Source of the DNA: an uncultured Methylococcaceae bacterium | GTDB taxonomy: Bacteria > Pseudomonadota > Gammaproteobacteria > Methylococcales > Methylomonadaceae | Length of the DNA: 64,000 nt | NCBI GenBank assembly: GCA_903928685.1 | Contig: CAIYRS010000032.1 | Span: 414 to 64,413, forward strand | Direction of reading: 5' to 3' | In this document: positions 1 to 8,701 of the stretch, piece after piece | Layout of the letters: the number at the start of each line of letters is the position of its first letter | Position numbering within the stretch: position 1 is the first letter of the stretch | Made by a program: the position numbers and the translations under genes | The notes under the pieces: generated by a model | Databases searched by the model: none | The model's input: the letters and a program-made list of their open reading frames with translations, nothing else | Told to the model about the DNA's origin: nothing

Positions 1-2
1 AC

Positions 3-578
3 ACCATCATTCCTCGGTTTAATTATGAGTTGGATGGTGTGGTGGTCAGTTACCACAACGCCGATGCAATTGACGATATTTGGCATCACGGGGAATGGCA
101 GGATTTTATTAACCTGCGGGATTTGTGCGTTATCTGGGGCGAAAACGTGGCAACAGGCGTGTATAAACGTATCGATTTCCACAATGACAGTTGGACTTGC
201 TGGGCAGCCTGGCCGGATCGGGAAACGGGCGAGCTATTTAAAATGACGGATTTATCCAACAACCATTTGTTGGCGGATAATAAAACCGTGATTGCCGCTT
301 TGATGGCAGCAGAACCTGGCGACCATATCCGCCTGCGCGGCATGTTGGCGGAATACAGTAATCCAGCGGCAAATTTCCATCGCGGTACCAGCACCGTGCG
401 TACTGATACCGGCAATGGCGCGTGTGAGACTATTTATTTGGATGAGTTTAGTGTTATCACCAAAGCCAACGCCAATCTCCGCCGTGTTTATTCGTTTTCA
501 AAATGGCTGGCGATTATTTCGGCGATAGGTTTTGTGGTGATGTTTGTGATTGCGCCAGTTAGGGTAAATCGTGATTAA
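3..578 (+). CDS. hypothetical protein with a C-terminal membrane anchor; 5' end probably lies outside the window
   Basis: The reading frame is open from nt 3 (TIIPRFNYELDGVV...) with no upstream stop, so the ATG at 30 may not be the true start. Hydrophobic C-terminal helix WLAIISAIGFVVMFVIAPV. No family recognised. Confidence 0.5.
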   Translation, partial: TIIPRFNYELDGVVVSYHNADAIDDIWHHGEWQDFINLRDLCVIWGENVATGVYKRIDFHNDSWTCWAAWPDRETGELFKMTDLSNNHLLADNKTVIAALMAAEPGDHIRLRGMLAEYSNPAANFHRGTSTVRTDTGNGACETIYLDEFSVITKANANLRRVYSFSKWLAIISAIGFVVMFVIAPVRVNRD

Positions 579-751
579 TGGGAAAACGGTTGTTGGTAAT
601 CGGCTTAGCAAAAAAACTAGGCTAGTTGATTGCATCAGTCCCTTGAAATAATAGCGAAGCAAGGTAAACTAATGGTGTCGACCCACTATTTTGTGTTGGC
701 AAATAATAATTACTAAGTCGTTTTTGACAAATTAATCATGAGGAAAGAATA

Positions 752-1087
752 ATGAAAAAATCAGCATCACTTTTTGCAGGCTTATTGTTAACTTTGAGCT
801 CTGCTGTTGCCATTTCCGAAGATCAAGTCAGTGCTGCTTTAAGCCATGCCAATGCCGCAGTGGAACATGGCAAATTAGGGCATGCGCCTGTGTTGTTTGA
901 ACATGCAAAATTGGCTTTAGATAATGCTTTAGCGGGTTCTTTGGTTGCGAAAGGCAAATCCAAAAATCATTTAGATGCTGCGGCTAAATCACTTCAGGTC
1001 GCTATCGACCATTCTGCATTAGGCCATGCTGAGGTTGCCACTAAAGCCGCAGAAGAAGCGGTTGAACATATTAAAGCAAGCAAGTAA
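752..1087 (+). CDS. small periplasmic histidine-rich protein, SmbP-like (small metal-binding protein family)
   Basis: Signal peptide MKKSASLFAGLLLTLSSAVA. Internally duplicated helical motifs VEHGKLGHAPVLFEHAKLAL and IDHSALGHAEVATKAAEEAVEHIKAS resemble the HGKxGH...KHAxEAxxHxK repeats of Nitrosomonas SmbP. RBS aggaaag lies upstream. Confidence 0.6.
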   Translation: MKKSASLFAGLLLTLSSAVAISEDQVSAALSHANAAVEHGKLGHAPVLFEHAKLALDNALAGSLVAKGKSKNHLDAAAKSLQVAIDHSALGHAEVATKAAEEAVEHIKASK

Positions 1088-1112
1088 TTAGCTACGAGTA
1101 GGTTTTACAAAT

Positions 1113-1142
1113 AAGGGCGGATTTTCCGCCCTTATTTTTTTA
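1113..1142. terminator. bidirectional rho-independent terminator between convergent genes
   Basis: Perfect stem AAGGGCGG / CCGCCCTT with loop ATTTT, followed by a T-run (atttttttt) and preceded by an A-rich stretch. Sits between the stop at 1087 (+) and the stop at 1147 (-). Confidence 0.8.
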
Positions 1143-1146
1143 ATAT

Positions 1147-1362
1147 TTAAGCCGCAGGACGGGCTTTCAACAATTTTTTGGTGATGCTTTTACCAATGGC
1201 TTCGCCAAATTCCTCGACGTTTTCATAACCTTGTTGTTGGGCAAATTCCACTGCCGCCTTCACCAGTTTTTTAGTGTCGGCGATTTCTTGGTGCGATCTG
1301 CCACAGCCTTCGCAGTGGGTATCTTTATAAGTGCATTTGTCTTGGCAGGGGACGAATTTCAT
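1147..1362 (-). CDS. small cysteine-rich protein (DUF1289/YdhL-like C-x3-C-x6-C-x2-C motif)
   Basis: N-terminus VPCQDKCTYKDTHCEGCGRSHQEI follows the PC-x3-C-x6/7-C-x2-C-x-R-x3-E pattern of DUF1289 proteins. The C-terminal half is helical and charged. Confidence 0.45.
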   Translation of the reverse strand: MKFVPCQDKCTYKDTHCEGCGRSHQEIADTKKLVKAAVEFAQQQGYENVEEFGEAIGKSITKKLLKARPAA

Positions 1363-1417
1363 AACGGATCCTTTGGGTAATGGCTAAATAATGTGCGCTA
1401 GCAAAAGCGGTTTTGGC

Positions 1418-1668
1418 TATCGTTCCCACGCTCTGGCATCACTGCCATTAAGTTAAGGAATTTTTTAAAATCAATTTGTTGATAAATCCATAAAACATCT
1501 TTTGTAGGGTGCAATAGGCGATAGCCGTATTGCACCGCATGATGTTGGCTTTCAAACATCCGGCGCATTACGCTATCGCTAATACGCCCTACAATATCTT
1601 TATCTTATTGAAATTAAAGCTACAAATACCTAACTTAATGGCAGTGACGCCAGAGCGTGGAAACTATA
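1418..1668. mobile_element. MITE-like non-autonomous element: 38-bp terminal inverted repeats enclosing two GTAG-headed REP hairpins
   Basis: Left arm 1418-1455 (tatcgttcccacgctctggcatcactgccattaagtta) matches the reverse complement of right arm 1631-1668 at 35 of 38 positions. The interior holds REP units at 1504-1536 and 1562-1592. It has no coding capacity. Confidence 0.5.
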
Positions 1669-1700
1669 AAACGCTCGTCAATGTTAAAAACTAGCTGATC

Positions 1701-2711
1701 TTAAGCTATCGGTGCAATGCCGACCGCCGCACGCAGTTCTTTAATGAACGGCACAGTAATCGCCCTGGCTTTTGCCGCGCCTTCCTGCAATTGCTGTTCA
1801 ATATGGGCAGGCGAGGCCATTAAGGCTTCGTAGCGTTCACGTGCAGGGGCGACGTGTTCGTTGATATGCTCAAACAACACTTGTTTCATTTCGCCCCAGC
1901 CAATACCTTCGGCGTAACGTTGGCGGATGTGGGCGACTTCTTCAGGGTTGGCGAACGCTTGGTAAATGCTGAATAAGGTGCAGCCTTCGGTGTCTTTGGG
2001 CTCGCCGGGCTCTAAGGAATTGGTTTTGATTTTATTGATGAGCTTGCGTAATTTTTTTTCTGGCTCAAATAACGGGATGGTGTTGTTGTAACTTTTGCTC
2101 ATTTTGCGCCCATCCAAGCCGGATAAGACGGCACCGTGTTCGGCAACCACGGCTTCCGGTAAGGCAAAATGTTCGCCATAAATATGGTTAAAACGTCCGG
2201 CGATGTCGCGCGCCATTTCAATGTGTTGGATTTGGTCTTTACCGACCGGGATTTTATTGGCTTTAAACATCAAAATATCGGCAGCCATCAGAATGGGGTA
2301 GCTGAACAAGCCCATGGTGATGCCTTTATCGGGGTCTTTTTCGCCGCCGTCTTCATTTTCGGCAACTGCCGCTTTATAAGCGTGGGCGCGGTTCATCAAA
2401 CCTTTGGCGGCGACGCAAGTCAGCATCCAAGAGAGTTCCATAATCTCCGGCACGTCAGATTGGCGATAAAACACTGCATTGTCGGTATCCAAGCCTAATG
2501 CCAGCCAAGTAGCGGCAATCTCTAAGCTGGATTGGCGGACTTTTGCTGGCTCGTGGCATTTAATTAACGCGTGGTAGTCGGCAAGAAAATAAAAGGGCAT
2601 GACATTGGCATCTTTACTGACGGCAATGGCGGGGCGAATGGCGCCGACGTAATTGCCTAAATGGGGTGTGCCGGTGGTGGTGATGCCGGTTAAGACGATG
2701 GCTTTACTCAT
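1701..2711 (-). CDS. trpS: tryptophan--tRNA ligase
   Basis: 336 aa. Class I signatures TPHLGNY (HIGH-type) and KMSKS are present, and length and overall sequence are typical of TrpRS. Confidence 0.95.
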   Translation of the reverse strand: MSKAIVLTGITTTGTPHLGNYVGAIRPAIAVSKDANVMPFYFLADYHALIKCHEPAKVRQSSLEIAATWLALGLDTDNAVFYRQSDVPEIMELSWMLTCVAAKGLMNRAHAYKAAVAENEDGGEKDPDKGITMGLFSYPILMAADILMFKANKIPVGKDQIQHIEMARDIAGRFNHIYGEHFALPEAVVAEHGAVLSGLDGRKMSKSYNNTIPLFEPEKKLRKLINKIKTNSLEPGEPKDTEGCTLFSIYQAFANPEEVAHIRQRYAEGIGWGEMKQVLFEHINEHVAPARERYEALMASPAHIEQQLQEGAAKARAITVPFIKELRAAVGIAPIA

Positions 2712-2797
2712 GGGAAACTCAAAAATTCAGTGGTTGTTGATGTGAAGGTGCGACATATTACCTAAGTTACTGTGAATATTCAGCATTGGCGTTAGCT

Positions 2798-2873
2798 GTA
2801 GGGTGGGCTGACGCGAGGAAGCCCACCATTAGTCGCTTAGTTTGATGGGCTTCCTTCCGTCAGCCCATCCTAC
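2798..2873. repeat. REP pair (BIME-like): two inverted GTAGGRTGGGCTGACG..AGGAAGCCCAYC units
   Basis: Unit 2798-2827 (gtagggtgggctgacgcgaggaagcccacc) and unit 2844-2873 (reverse complement gtaggatgggctgacggaaggaagcccatc). Each has an internal GTGGGCT/AGCCCAC stem. Confidence 0.8.
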
Positions 2874-2940
2874 CTTTAGGTGTCGCAATATTAAATTTAA
2901 TATGATGATTTTAAATGGTTTGTTCTCGTAATGACGCTTA

Positions 2941-2992
2941 TGGAGCGCGGTCATCTTGACCGCAAATGGCGGGCAGGATGCCCGCGCTCCCG
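2941..2992. repeat. REP-like nested hairpin (GGAGCGCGG...GCGGGCAggaTGCCCGC...CCGCGCTCC)
   Basis: Outer 9-bp stem GGAGCGCGG/CCGCGCTCC encloses an inner 7-bp stem GCGGGCA/TGCCCGC. It lies in the rep leader region, where the ORF track's long N-terminal extension is a read-through of this repeat. Confidence 0.6.
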
Positions 2993-3095
2993 CTCAAAAA
3001 AACTGAAAACGCAATTATATGTCCCGGTTGGCTTGAACCATGCTTACAATAGTGCAATGCCAGCTGGCAATTACGGTTTACCCCAGAATTACCTT

Positions 3096-5099
3096 ATGTC
3101 CAAATTAAATCCCCAACAACAAGCCGCTGTAAAAGCTATTGACCATCCCTTATTGGTATTGGCGGGTGCAGGCAGTGGCAAAACCCGTGTGATCACCGAA
3201 AAAATCGCTTATTTGGTTAAGCAAGGCTTGCCTGCGCGGCATATTGCGGCGGTTACGTTTACCAATAAGGCTGCCAGAGAAATGCAAAGCCGGGTCAGCA
3301 AGTTGTTGGATAGCCAAGCCAGTCGCGGTTTGCGGGTGTCTACCTTCCATTCCTTGGGCTTGGATATTTTGCGTAAGGAACACAAAGTCTTAAGTTACAA
3401 AGCGGCGTTGACTTTATTTGATGAGCAAGATAAACAAACCCTGCTGAAAAATCTTATCAGCCACGATCCCAAACATTATGATGCCGAGCAGGCCGATCAG
3501 TATTCCTACCAAATTGGGACGTGGAAAAATGCTTTTGTCACGCCAGAGCAATCGGTCAGTTTGGCGACTGCCGAGCAACTTCCGGCAGCCAAGTTGTATG
3601 TCGATTATGTGCGGAGTTTGAAAGCTTACAATGCCGTGGATTTTGACGATTTAATCTTGATGCCCGTGTTGCTGTTCCAACAGCATCCGGCGGTGTTAGA
3701 AAAATGGCAGAATAAAATCCGTTATCTGTTGGTTGATGAATACCAAGATACCAACATCACCCAATACCAATTGGTGAAATTGCTGGCGGGCAAATTGGGG
3801 CGCTTTACTGTGGTAGGTGATGATGACCAATCGATTTACGCTTGGCGTGGCGCGCAGCCGGAAAATTTGGCGCAGTTGCAGAAAGATTTCGCCCGCTTGC
3901 AAGTTATCAAACTAGAGCAAAATTACCGTTCCACTGGGCGGATTTTAAAAGTCGCCAACCAGCTTATCGCCAATAATCCGCATGCGTTTGAGAAAAAACT
4001 CTGGAGTGAATTGGGCTATGGCGACCCGCTACGGGTGTTGAGCCATAAAGATGAAGTCAATGAAGCCCAGCAAGTGGTGTCGGAAATTATCCACCATAAA
4101 TTCCGCACTGGCAGCCGCTATCAAGATTACGCCATTTTGTACCGAGGCAACCACCAATCGCGTTTGTTTGAACGCGGTTTGCGGGAAAACAATATTCCGT
4201 ATTTCATCAGCGGCAGCACCTCGTTTTTTGCCTATAGCGAAATTAAAGATATTCTGGGGTATTTGCGTTTGCTGGTTAATCCCGATGATGACGCGGCGTT
4301 TTTACGCATTATCAACACGCCGCGCCGGGAAATTGGCCCGACGACTTTAGAAAAACTCGGTGATTATGCCAATCAGCGGCAAATTAGCTTGTTTTCCGCT
4401 TGCTCAGAATTAGGCTTGGCGCAAAAACTGTCAGAAAAAGCCGCGCATCGGCTAACGCATTTTCGCGATTGGGTTGTCGATACCGCCGACCGCGTTGCCC
4501 GTGGCGATACCTTTGCCGTGATTGAGCAAATGATTGAGCAAATCGGTTACTCGCAATGGTTGCGGGAAAATAGCAAAACCAAGGAATCGGCAGATCGGAA
4601 AATGGGCAATGTCTATGATTTGGTGGACTGGTTAAAACGCATTGCCGACAAGGACAGCAGTCAGCAAAAATCTTTGGCGGAGATTGTCGCCAGTATTATG
4701 TTGATGGATATTTTAGAGCGTAACCAGGAAGAAGAAGTCGCCGACCAAGTCAGTCTGATGACCTTACACGCAGCCAAAGGCTTGGAGTTTCCGCATGTGT
4801 TTTTGATTGGCATGGAAGAAAATATCTTGCCGCACCAAAACAGCATAGACACGGGCAATATTGAAGAAGAGCGCCGCTTAGCCTATGTGGGCATCACCCG
4901 CGCCCAGCGAACTTTAACCTTTAGTTACTGCACCCATCGGAAACGCTACGGGGAAATCGCCGAATGCGAGCCTAGCCGCTTTTTAAGTGAATTGCCCGCC
5001 GATGATTTGGAATGGGCCAATAAAAAACAGCTTGCGCCAGAGGTGCGTAAGGAACGCGTCAAGGCTAATTTGGCGCAATATAAAGAGCGGCTGGCTTGA
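3096..5099 (+). CDS. rep: ATP-dependent DNA helicase Rep (UvrD/Rep superfamily 1)
   Basis: Start moved to the ATG at 3096 (MSKLNPQQQAAVK...). Walker A AGAGSGKTRV and motif II LLVDEYQDTN are present. 667 aa matches Rep length. The upstream part of ORF 2931.. crosses a REP element. Confidence 0.9.
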   Translation: MSKLNPQQQAAVKAIDHPLLVLAGAGSGKTRVITEKIAYLVKQGLPARHIAAVTFTNKAAREMQSRVSKLLDSQASRGLRVSTFHSLGLDILRKEHKVLSYKAALTLFDEQDKQTLLKNLISHDPKHYDAEQADQYSYQIGTWKNAFVTPEQSVSLATAEQLPAAKLYVDYVRSLKAYNAVDFDDLILMPVLLFQQHPAVLEKWQNKIRYLLVDEYQDTNITQYQLVKLLAGKLGRFTVVGDDDQSIYAWRGAQPENLAQLQKDFARLQVIKLEQNYRSTGRILKVANQLIANNPHAFEKKLWSELGYGDPLRVLSHKDEVNEAQQVVSEIIHHKFRTGSRYQDYAILYRGNHQSRLFERGLRENNIPYFISGSTSFFAYSEIKDILGYLRLLVNPDDDAAFLRIINTPRREIGPTTLEKLGDYANQRQISLFSACSELGLAQKLSEKAAHRLTHFRDWVVDTADRVARGDTFAVIEQMIEQIGYSQWLRENSKTKESADRKMGNVYDLVDWLKRIADKDSSQQKSLAEIVASIMLMDILERNQEEEVADQVSLMTLHAAKGLEFPHVFLIGMEENILPHQNSIDTGNIEEERRLAYVGITRAQRTLTFSYCTHRKRYGEIAECEPSRFLSELPADDLEWANKKQLAPEVRKERVKANLAQYKERLA

Positions 5100-5149
5100 T
5101 GTTTGCTTATACAATTTTTTGTAATCCTCTATTTTTGAACTAACGATTT

Positions 5150-6397
5150 ATGGCTATAGCTGCTGCTTTGCAAATATGTGCTGAAAAACTGATTGCCTGC
5201 CTGCCGCCACCGAATGTGCGCTTGGAAAAACCAGCTATTTTGCAGCATGAAGATATATTGTGTATGCCGTTGACATCACTGGATTCACGTAAATTAAAAC
5301 TTCAAGGCGGTTTATATCATCGCCAAGGTGGCTATATCCCCAGTTCTGGCTTGATTACCAACAAACAAGTTGTGGTCGGTTATGGGCCGTTGCCATTACC
5401 CAGTTCTGCGCCAGTGTTATCGGGAAAAAGCCTGTATATGGGGCTTTGTCATTCACATTTTGGACACTTTTTAATTGAAACGCTGTCCCGCTTATGGTTT
5501 TTGCAGGCGCAGCAAATTCAAGATTTTGACCATATTATCCTGTTGCCGATTAATGGTTGTGTGCCAGAGTTTGTGGTGGATTTGTTTAAATTGTTGGGGG
5601 TTGATGAGCGGCTAAAAATTATCGATGCGCCTATTTTTTTAGAGAACGTCTGTATTCCTTCGCCAGCCATTGAGTACCCTTGGAAAGTCCACCAAGTCAT
5701 CAATACTCTCCAGCAATTATTTGCCGATAGCATTGCCGTCGAGCCAACTGAGCAACCGATTTTTTTATCGCGCAATCAATTAGTGCCTGGGCATTTCCGC
5801 ATGATTATTGGCGAAGACCGCTTGGAGCAAGCCTTAGAAAGCCAAGGGGTTTATATTTACCATCCTGAAAATTATTCCATTCATCACCAAATTAGCACCT
5901 TGTCCCGTCATAAAACCATTATCAGTTTTGCAGGCAGCGCGTTACACACGATGTTGCTTTCGGGCGGCAACAAAAATGTCGTGGCTTATAGCGCCAGAAG
6001 AATTCCGTTGGTTTTTCCGTTATTGGATAAAGCCTTAAATAATAAAAGCGATTATGTGCAATCCAGGCGTTTATCGGTAAATGGTTTGGCATCGTTAGCC
6101 GTTGGCTTTAAGCCACAACTTATTGACCCTAGAATTGTTCTCAGGCGCTTGAAGCAACGCCAGTTGATCGCCAGTGAAGTGGTATCTGGCTATGGCACGG
6201 CTGCGGCGGATTTGCGTGAATGCAATCGCTATAACACGGCGATGTTATTGCAGTGGGTGCGTGAGGCGAGTCAGGTAGAGGAAAAAATGCTTTGTCTGGA
6301 GAAAATCCAGCAATTCGCCAGCAAATATCCCTTGGATGAAGAGATGTTGGCGCAAGCGAGGTTGGGAAGTGCTTTGTTGCGTGGGTATTTTCCTTAA
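5150..6397 (+). CDS. glycosyltransferase family 61 (DUF563) protein
   Basis: Carries the diagnostic HFGHFLIETLSRLW motif of GT61/DUF563. The start is uncertain; an internal Met (MPLTSLD) is also possible. Confidence 0.65.
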   Translation: MAIAAALQICAEKLIACLPPPNVRLEKPAILQHEDILCMPLTSLDSRKLKLQGGLYHRQGGYIPSSGLITNKQVVVGYGPLPLPSSAPVLSGKSLYMGLCHSHFGHFLIETLSRLWFLQAQQIQDFDHIILLPINGCVPEFVVDLFKLLGVDERLKIIDAPIFLENVCIPSPAIEYPWKVHQVINTLQQLFADSIAVEPTEQPIFLSRNQLVPGHFRMIIGEDRLEQALESQGVYIYHPENYSIHHQISTLSRHKTIISFAGSALHTMLLSGGNKNVVAYSARRIPLVFPLLDKALNNKSDYVQSRRLSVNGLASLAVGFKPQLIDPRIVLRRLKQRQLIASEVVSGYGTAAADLRECNRYNTAMLLQWVREASQVEEKMLCLEKIQQFASKYPLDEEMLAQARLGSALLRGYFP

Positions 6398-6404
6398 AAT
6401 ACCT

Positions 6405-6430
6405 GCTTGAAATTGGAGTCCAAAACCTGT
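6405..6430. repeat. palindromic element GGAGTCCAAAAC-ct-GTTTTGGACTCC (terminator-like, between convergent genes)
   Basis: Perfect 12-bp arms starting 8 nt after the GT61 stop codon. A longer copy of the same palindrome occurs at 50987-51024. Confidence 0.7.
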
Positions 6431-6493
6431 TTTGGACTCCAGTACTACAAACTACCTAGCCAAGTAAGCATCGATACAGTTCAAACGTCAAAA

Positions 6494-7804
6494 CTACAAA
6501 ATATTCGAGTAGTCTTGTTCCAATTGCTGGAAGTTAAGCGAAGTCATAAATCGGCTGAAGCTCATCCACGCAGATAATCCCATCAAATCTTTAAACTGGG
6601 GCGGTAAGAAGTGCGGCGGTATTACCGTGCCTTCTTCAACCAGATCGTGTAACACTTTCATGTCTTCAATCATGGTTTTGCCGCAGAACAGCAACGGGAT
6701 GCGGTCTGGCTTACCTTTACTTACCGCTAGTCGGATGAAGTTATAGGTGAGCACAAAGCCTTTGATATAAGTTAGGTCTTTGGTGAACGGCATGCCTGTA
6801 GCACTGCTGCCCCTAAAGACGCGGGTGCTGAGGGTGTAGCTGTCTTCTTCATCTAAGCCTTTGCTACGGAAAAACTTAAAAATTTCCAAGAAATCCGCAC
6901 CTTCTTCGACCATGGTGATGGCGCGCACCCGGTTAATTAAAGTCATCAGCCTGTGCGGTGTGGAGCTGAAAGTCAGGATTTCCATCAATACCGCCAAGCC
7001 TTCTTGGGTGATGGTTGCTGATGGTGGCCCTTTGCCAAGAAAGGTGCAATATGGCTGGGTCATGCCGTTTAAGGTGGTCCCTAGATGCACCCAAATTTCG
7101 TGGACTTCCAATACCCGTAAATCGCGCATATTGAAAAAGGCATCAGCACGTAATTTTACGTAATTGGTGCCTGCGGCAGCGTCCGAGACAATACCGTCGC
7201 TGAGCATGGCTTTGAGGCCGTCGCCAGGAAACAGGCTTTCGATTTTTTCATTAAGAATATCTACCGCATCGGCGGCTTTGATAGTTTTGGGTTCTTCAGA
7301 CAACAAATCCAATTGCACCAATTGCGATAAGGTGGCTTCCATCATACTGCCAAGTTCGGCGATGGTTGGATCGCCGACATGGAATACGTCTTGCGAAGAA
7401 CCGTACAGTTCTTGGGAGATATTAGAGAAGGTTTCTGTACCGCGCGATTCCAGCATCCATACCACATCCTGATATTCGCGGCAGATGCGGCGCATGATGA
7501 CGCTAAGCGGGTTTAGTTGCCCAAGTTTGCGGACTAAATCACGTTCGATTTCGTGAAATTCGCGTTTTTTTTCCTCAGGATCAAATCCTAAAGAACGGTT
7601 TTTATAATAGGCGGCATCAATCGCTGGTAGCTCTTTACAACCGCTTTTTAAAAACTGTTGTTTGATGTTGTCGTCCCATTTTAACGAGTCTAATACCCGT
7701 ATCGGTTGCTGGGCTTTGACAATGCGGTCAGAGAGGTTTTTTACTTCGGTAAGGTACGTTGATGGTTTTTGGTTTGTGGTACGCATGCAAGTCGTCCAAG
7801 TCAT
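6494..7804 (-). CDS. DUF1704 / QEGLA-motif protein (MATCAP-type putative metallocarboxypeptidase; annotated elsewhere as flavohemoglobin expression-modulating protein)
   Basis: Contains TQEGLAVLMEI (QEGLA motif) and an HEIWVH (HExxxH) putative zinc site. At 436 aa it fits the family size. Confidence 0.75.
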   Translation of the reverse strand: MTWTTCMRTTNQKPSTYLTEVKNLSDRIVKAQQPIRVLDSLKWDDNIKQQFLKSGCKELPAIDAAYYKNRSLGFDPEEKKREFHEIERDLVRKLGQLNPLSVIMRRICREYQDVVWMLESRGTETFSNISQELYGSSQDVFHVGDPTIAELGSMMEATLSQLVQLDLLSEEPKTIKAADAVDILNEKIESLFPGDGLKAMLSDGIVSDAAAGTNYVKLRADAFFNMRDLRVLEVHEIWVHLGTTLNGMTQPYCTFLGKGPPSATITQEGLAVLMEILTFSSTPHRLMTLINRVRAITMVEEGADFLEIFKFFRSKGLDEEDSYTLSTRVFRGSSATGMPFTKDLTYIKGFVLTYNFIRLAVSKGKPDRIPLLFCGKTMIEDMKVLHDLVEEGTVIPPHFLPPQFKDLMGLSAWMSFSRFMTSLNFQQLEQDYSNIL

Positions 7805-7837
7805 GTTGCGTTGATGGTGTCTTCAAGCCACTTACAC

Positions 7838-7933
7838 AAGGCTAAGAACGTGTTTTAAAAGCGGCTGGCGGGCTTGTTTGACAAGTTGCAGCCGATTGTG
7901 TTGGTTATGCTTTTAAAACACGTTCTAAGGCTT
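7838..7933. promoter_or_regulatory. 25-bp inverted repeat in a divergent promoter region
   Basis: The arm aaggctaagaacgtgttttaaaagc (7838-7862) pairs with gcttttaaaacacgttctaaggctt (7909-7933) across a 46-nt spacer. It lies between the divergent starts at 7804 (-) and 8101 (+). Confidence 0.4.
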
Positions 7934-8100
7934 TGTTGTACGTGGTTAAAGTACAGTTTTAGAAAGGCGGGTCTGAGTATAACAATAGATGCCGAATGTA
8001 AATAGCTACTATTTGTTGCTACTGTGTTTAATTCTTGACTTAAGGTTTGTTTAAGGCTGGCAAGTGCAAAATGGGATGAAGTCACTTAGCAAATAAATTT

Positions 8101-8700
8101 ATGAACAGGCAGCATTTAGCAAATCATAGCGTTGAAGAAGGCCGTTTACTTACATCAAGGCGGCGGTTTTTAAAGCAATTGGCGTGTGGGTCATTACTGG
8201 CGGTGGCTGGGCCGAAATTGGCTACAGCAGCGTTACGCGGGGGTAGCTATGGGCCGTCACATAAACTGATCGCTTTGGAAAATACCAATACTGGTGAAAA
8301 ACTGAAAGTGGCTTTCTTTGAGCGCGGACATTATGTTGACGATGCCTTGGCGGAAATCAGTTATTTGTTCCGCGATTTCCACACAGGGGATGTGCATCCG
8401 ATTGATCCATTTTTGCTGGATCAGCTGCATGAGATTCAACAAAGTTTAGGGATTGTTAAGCCGTTTGAAGTGATTTCCGGCTACCGCTCGCCTTATACCA
8501 ATGCCCATTTACGCAAGCAAAGCCATCGGGTTGCCAAGCACAGCTTACACATGGAAGGCCGGGCGATTGATATTCGCGTTGCTGGTGTGGAAAGCCGTTA
8601 TATCCGCGATGCTGCTGTCGCTATGCAGCGGGGTGGGGTGGGTTATTACCCGTATGCCAATTTCGTGCATTTGGATACGGGTGATATTCGGACTTGGTGA
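8101..8700 (+). CDS. mepK: DUF882 peptidase M15 family murein endopeptidase (YcbK/MepK-like), Tat-exported
   Basis: Twin-arginine signal SRRRFLKQLA. DUF882 core SGYRSPYTN...HSLHMEGRAIDIR...GGVGYYPYANFVHLDTGDIRTW. Confidence 0.85.
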   Translation: MNRQHLANHSVEEGRLLTSRRRFLKQLACGSLLAVAGPKLATAALRGGSYGPSHKLIALENTNTGEKLKVAFFERGHYVDDALAEISYLFRDFHTGDVHPIDPFLLDQLHEIQQSLGIVKPFEVISGYRSPYTNAHLRKQSHRVAKHSLHMEGRAIDIRVAGVESRYIRDAAVAMQRGGVGYYPYANFVHLDTGDIRTW

Positions 8701-8701
8701 G

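Noticed and set aside
2931-3095. N-terminal extension of the rep ORF.
   Set aside because: It translates a REP-like nested hairpin (GGAGCGCGG...CCGCGCTCC). Rep-length and helicase motif spacing fit the ATG at 3096.
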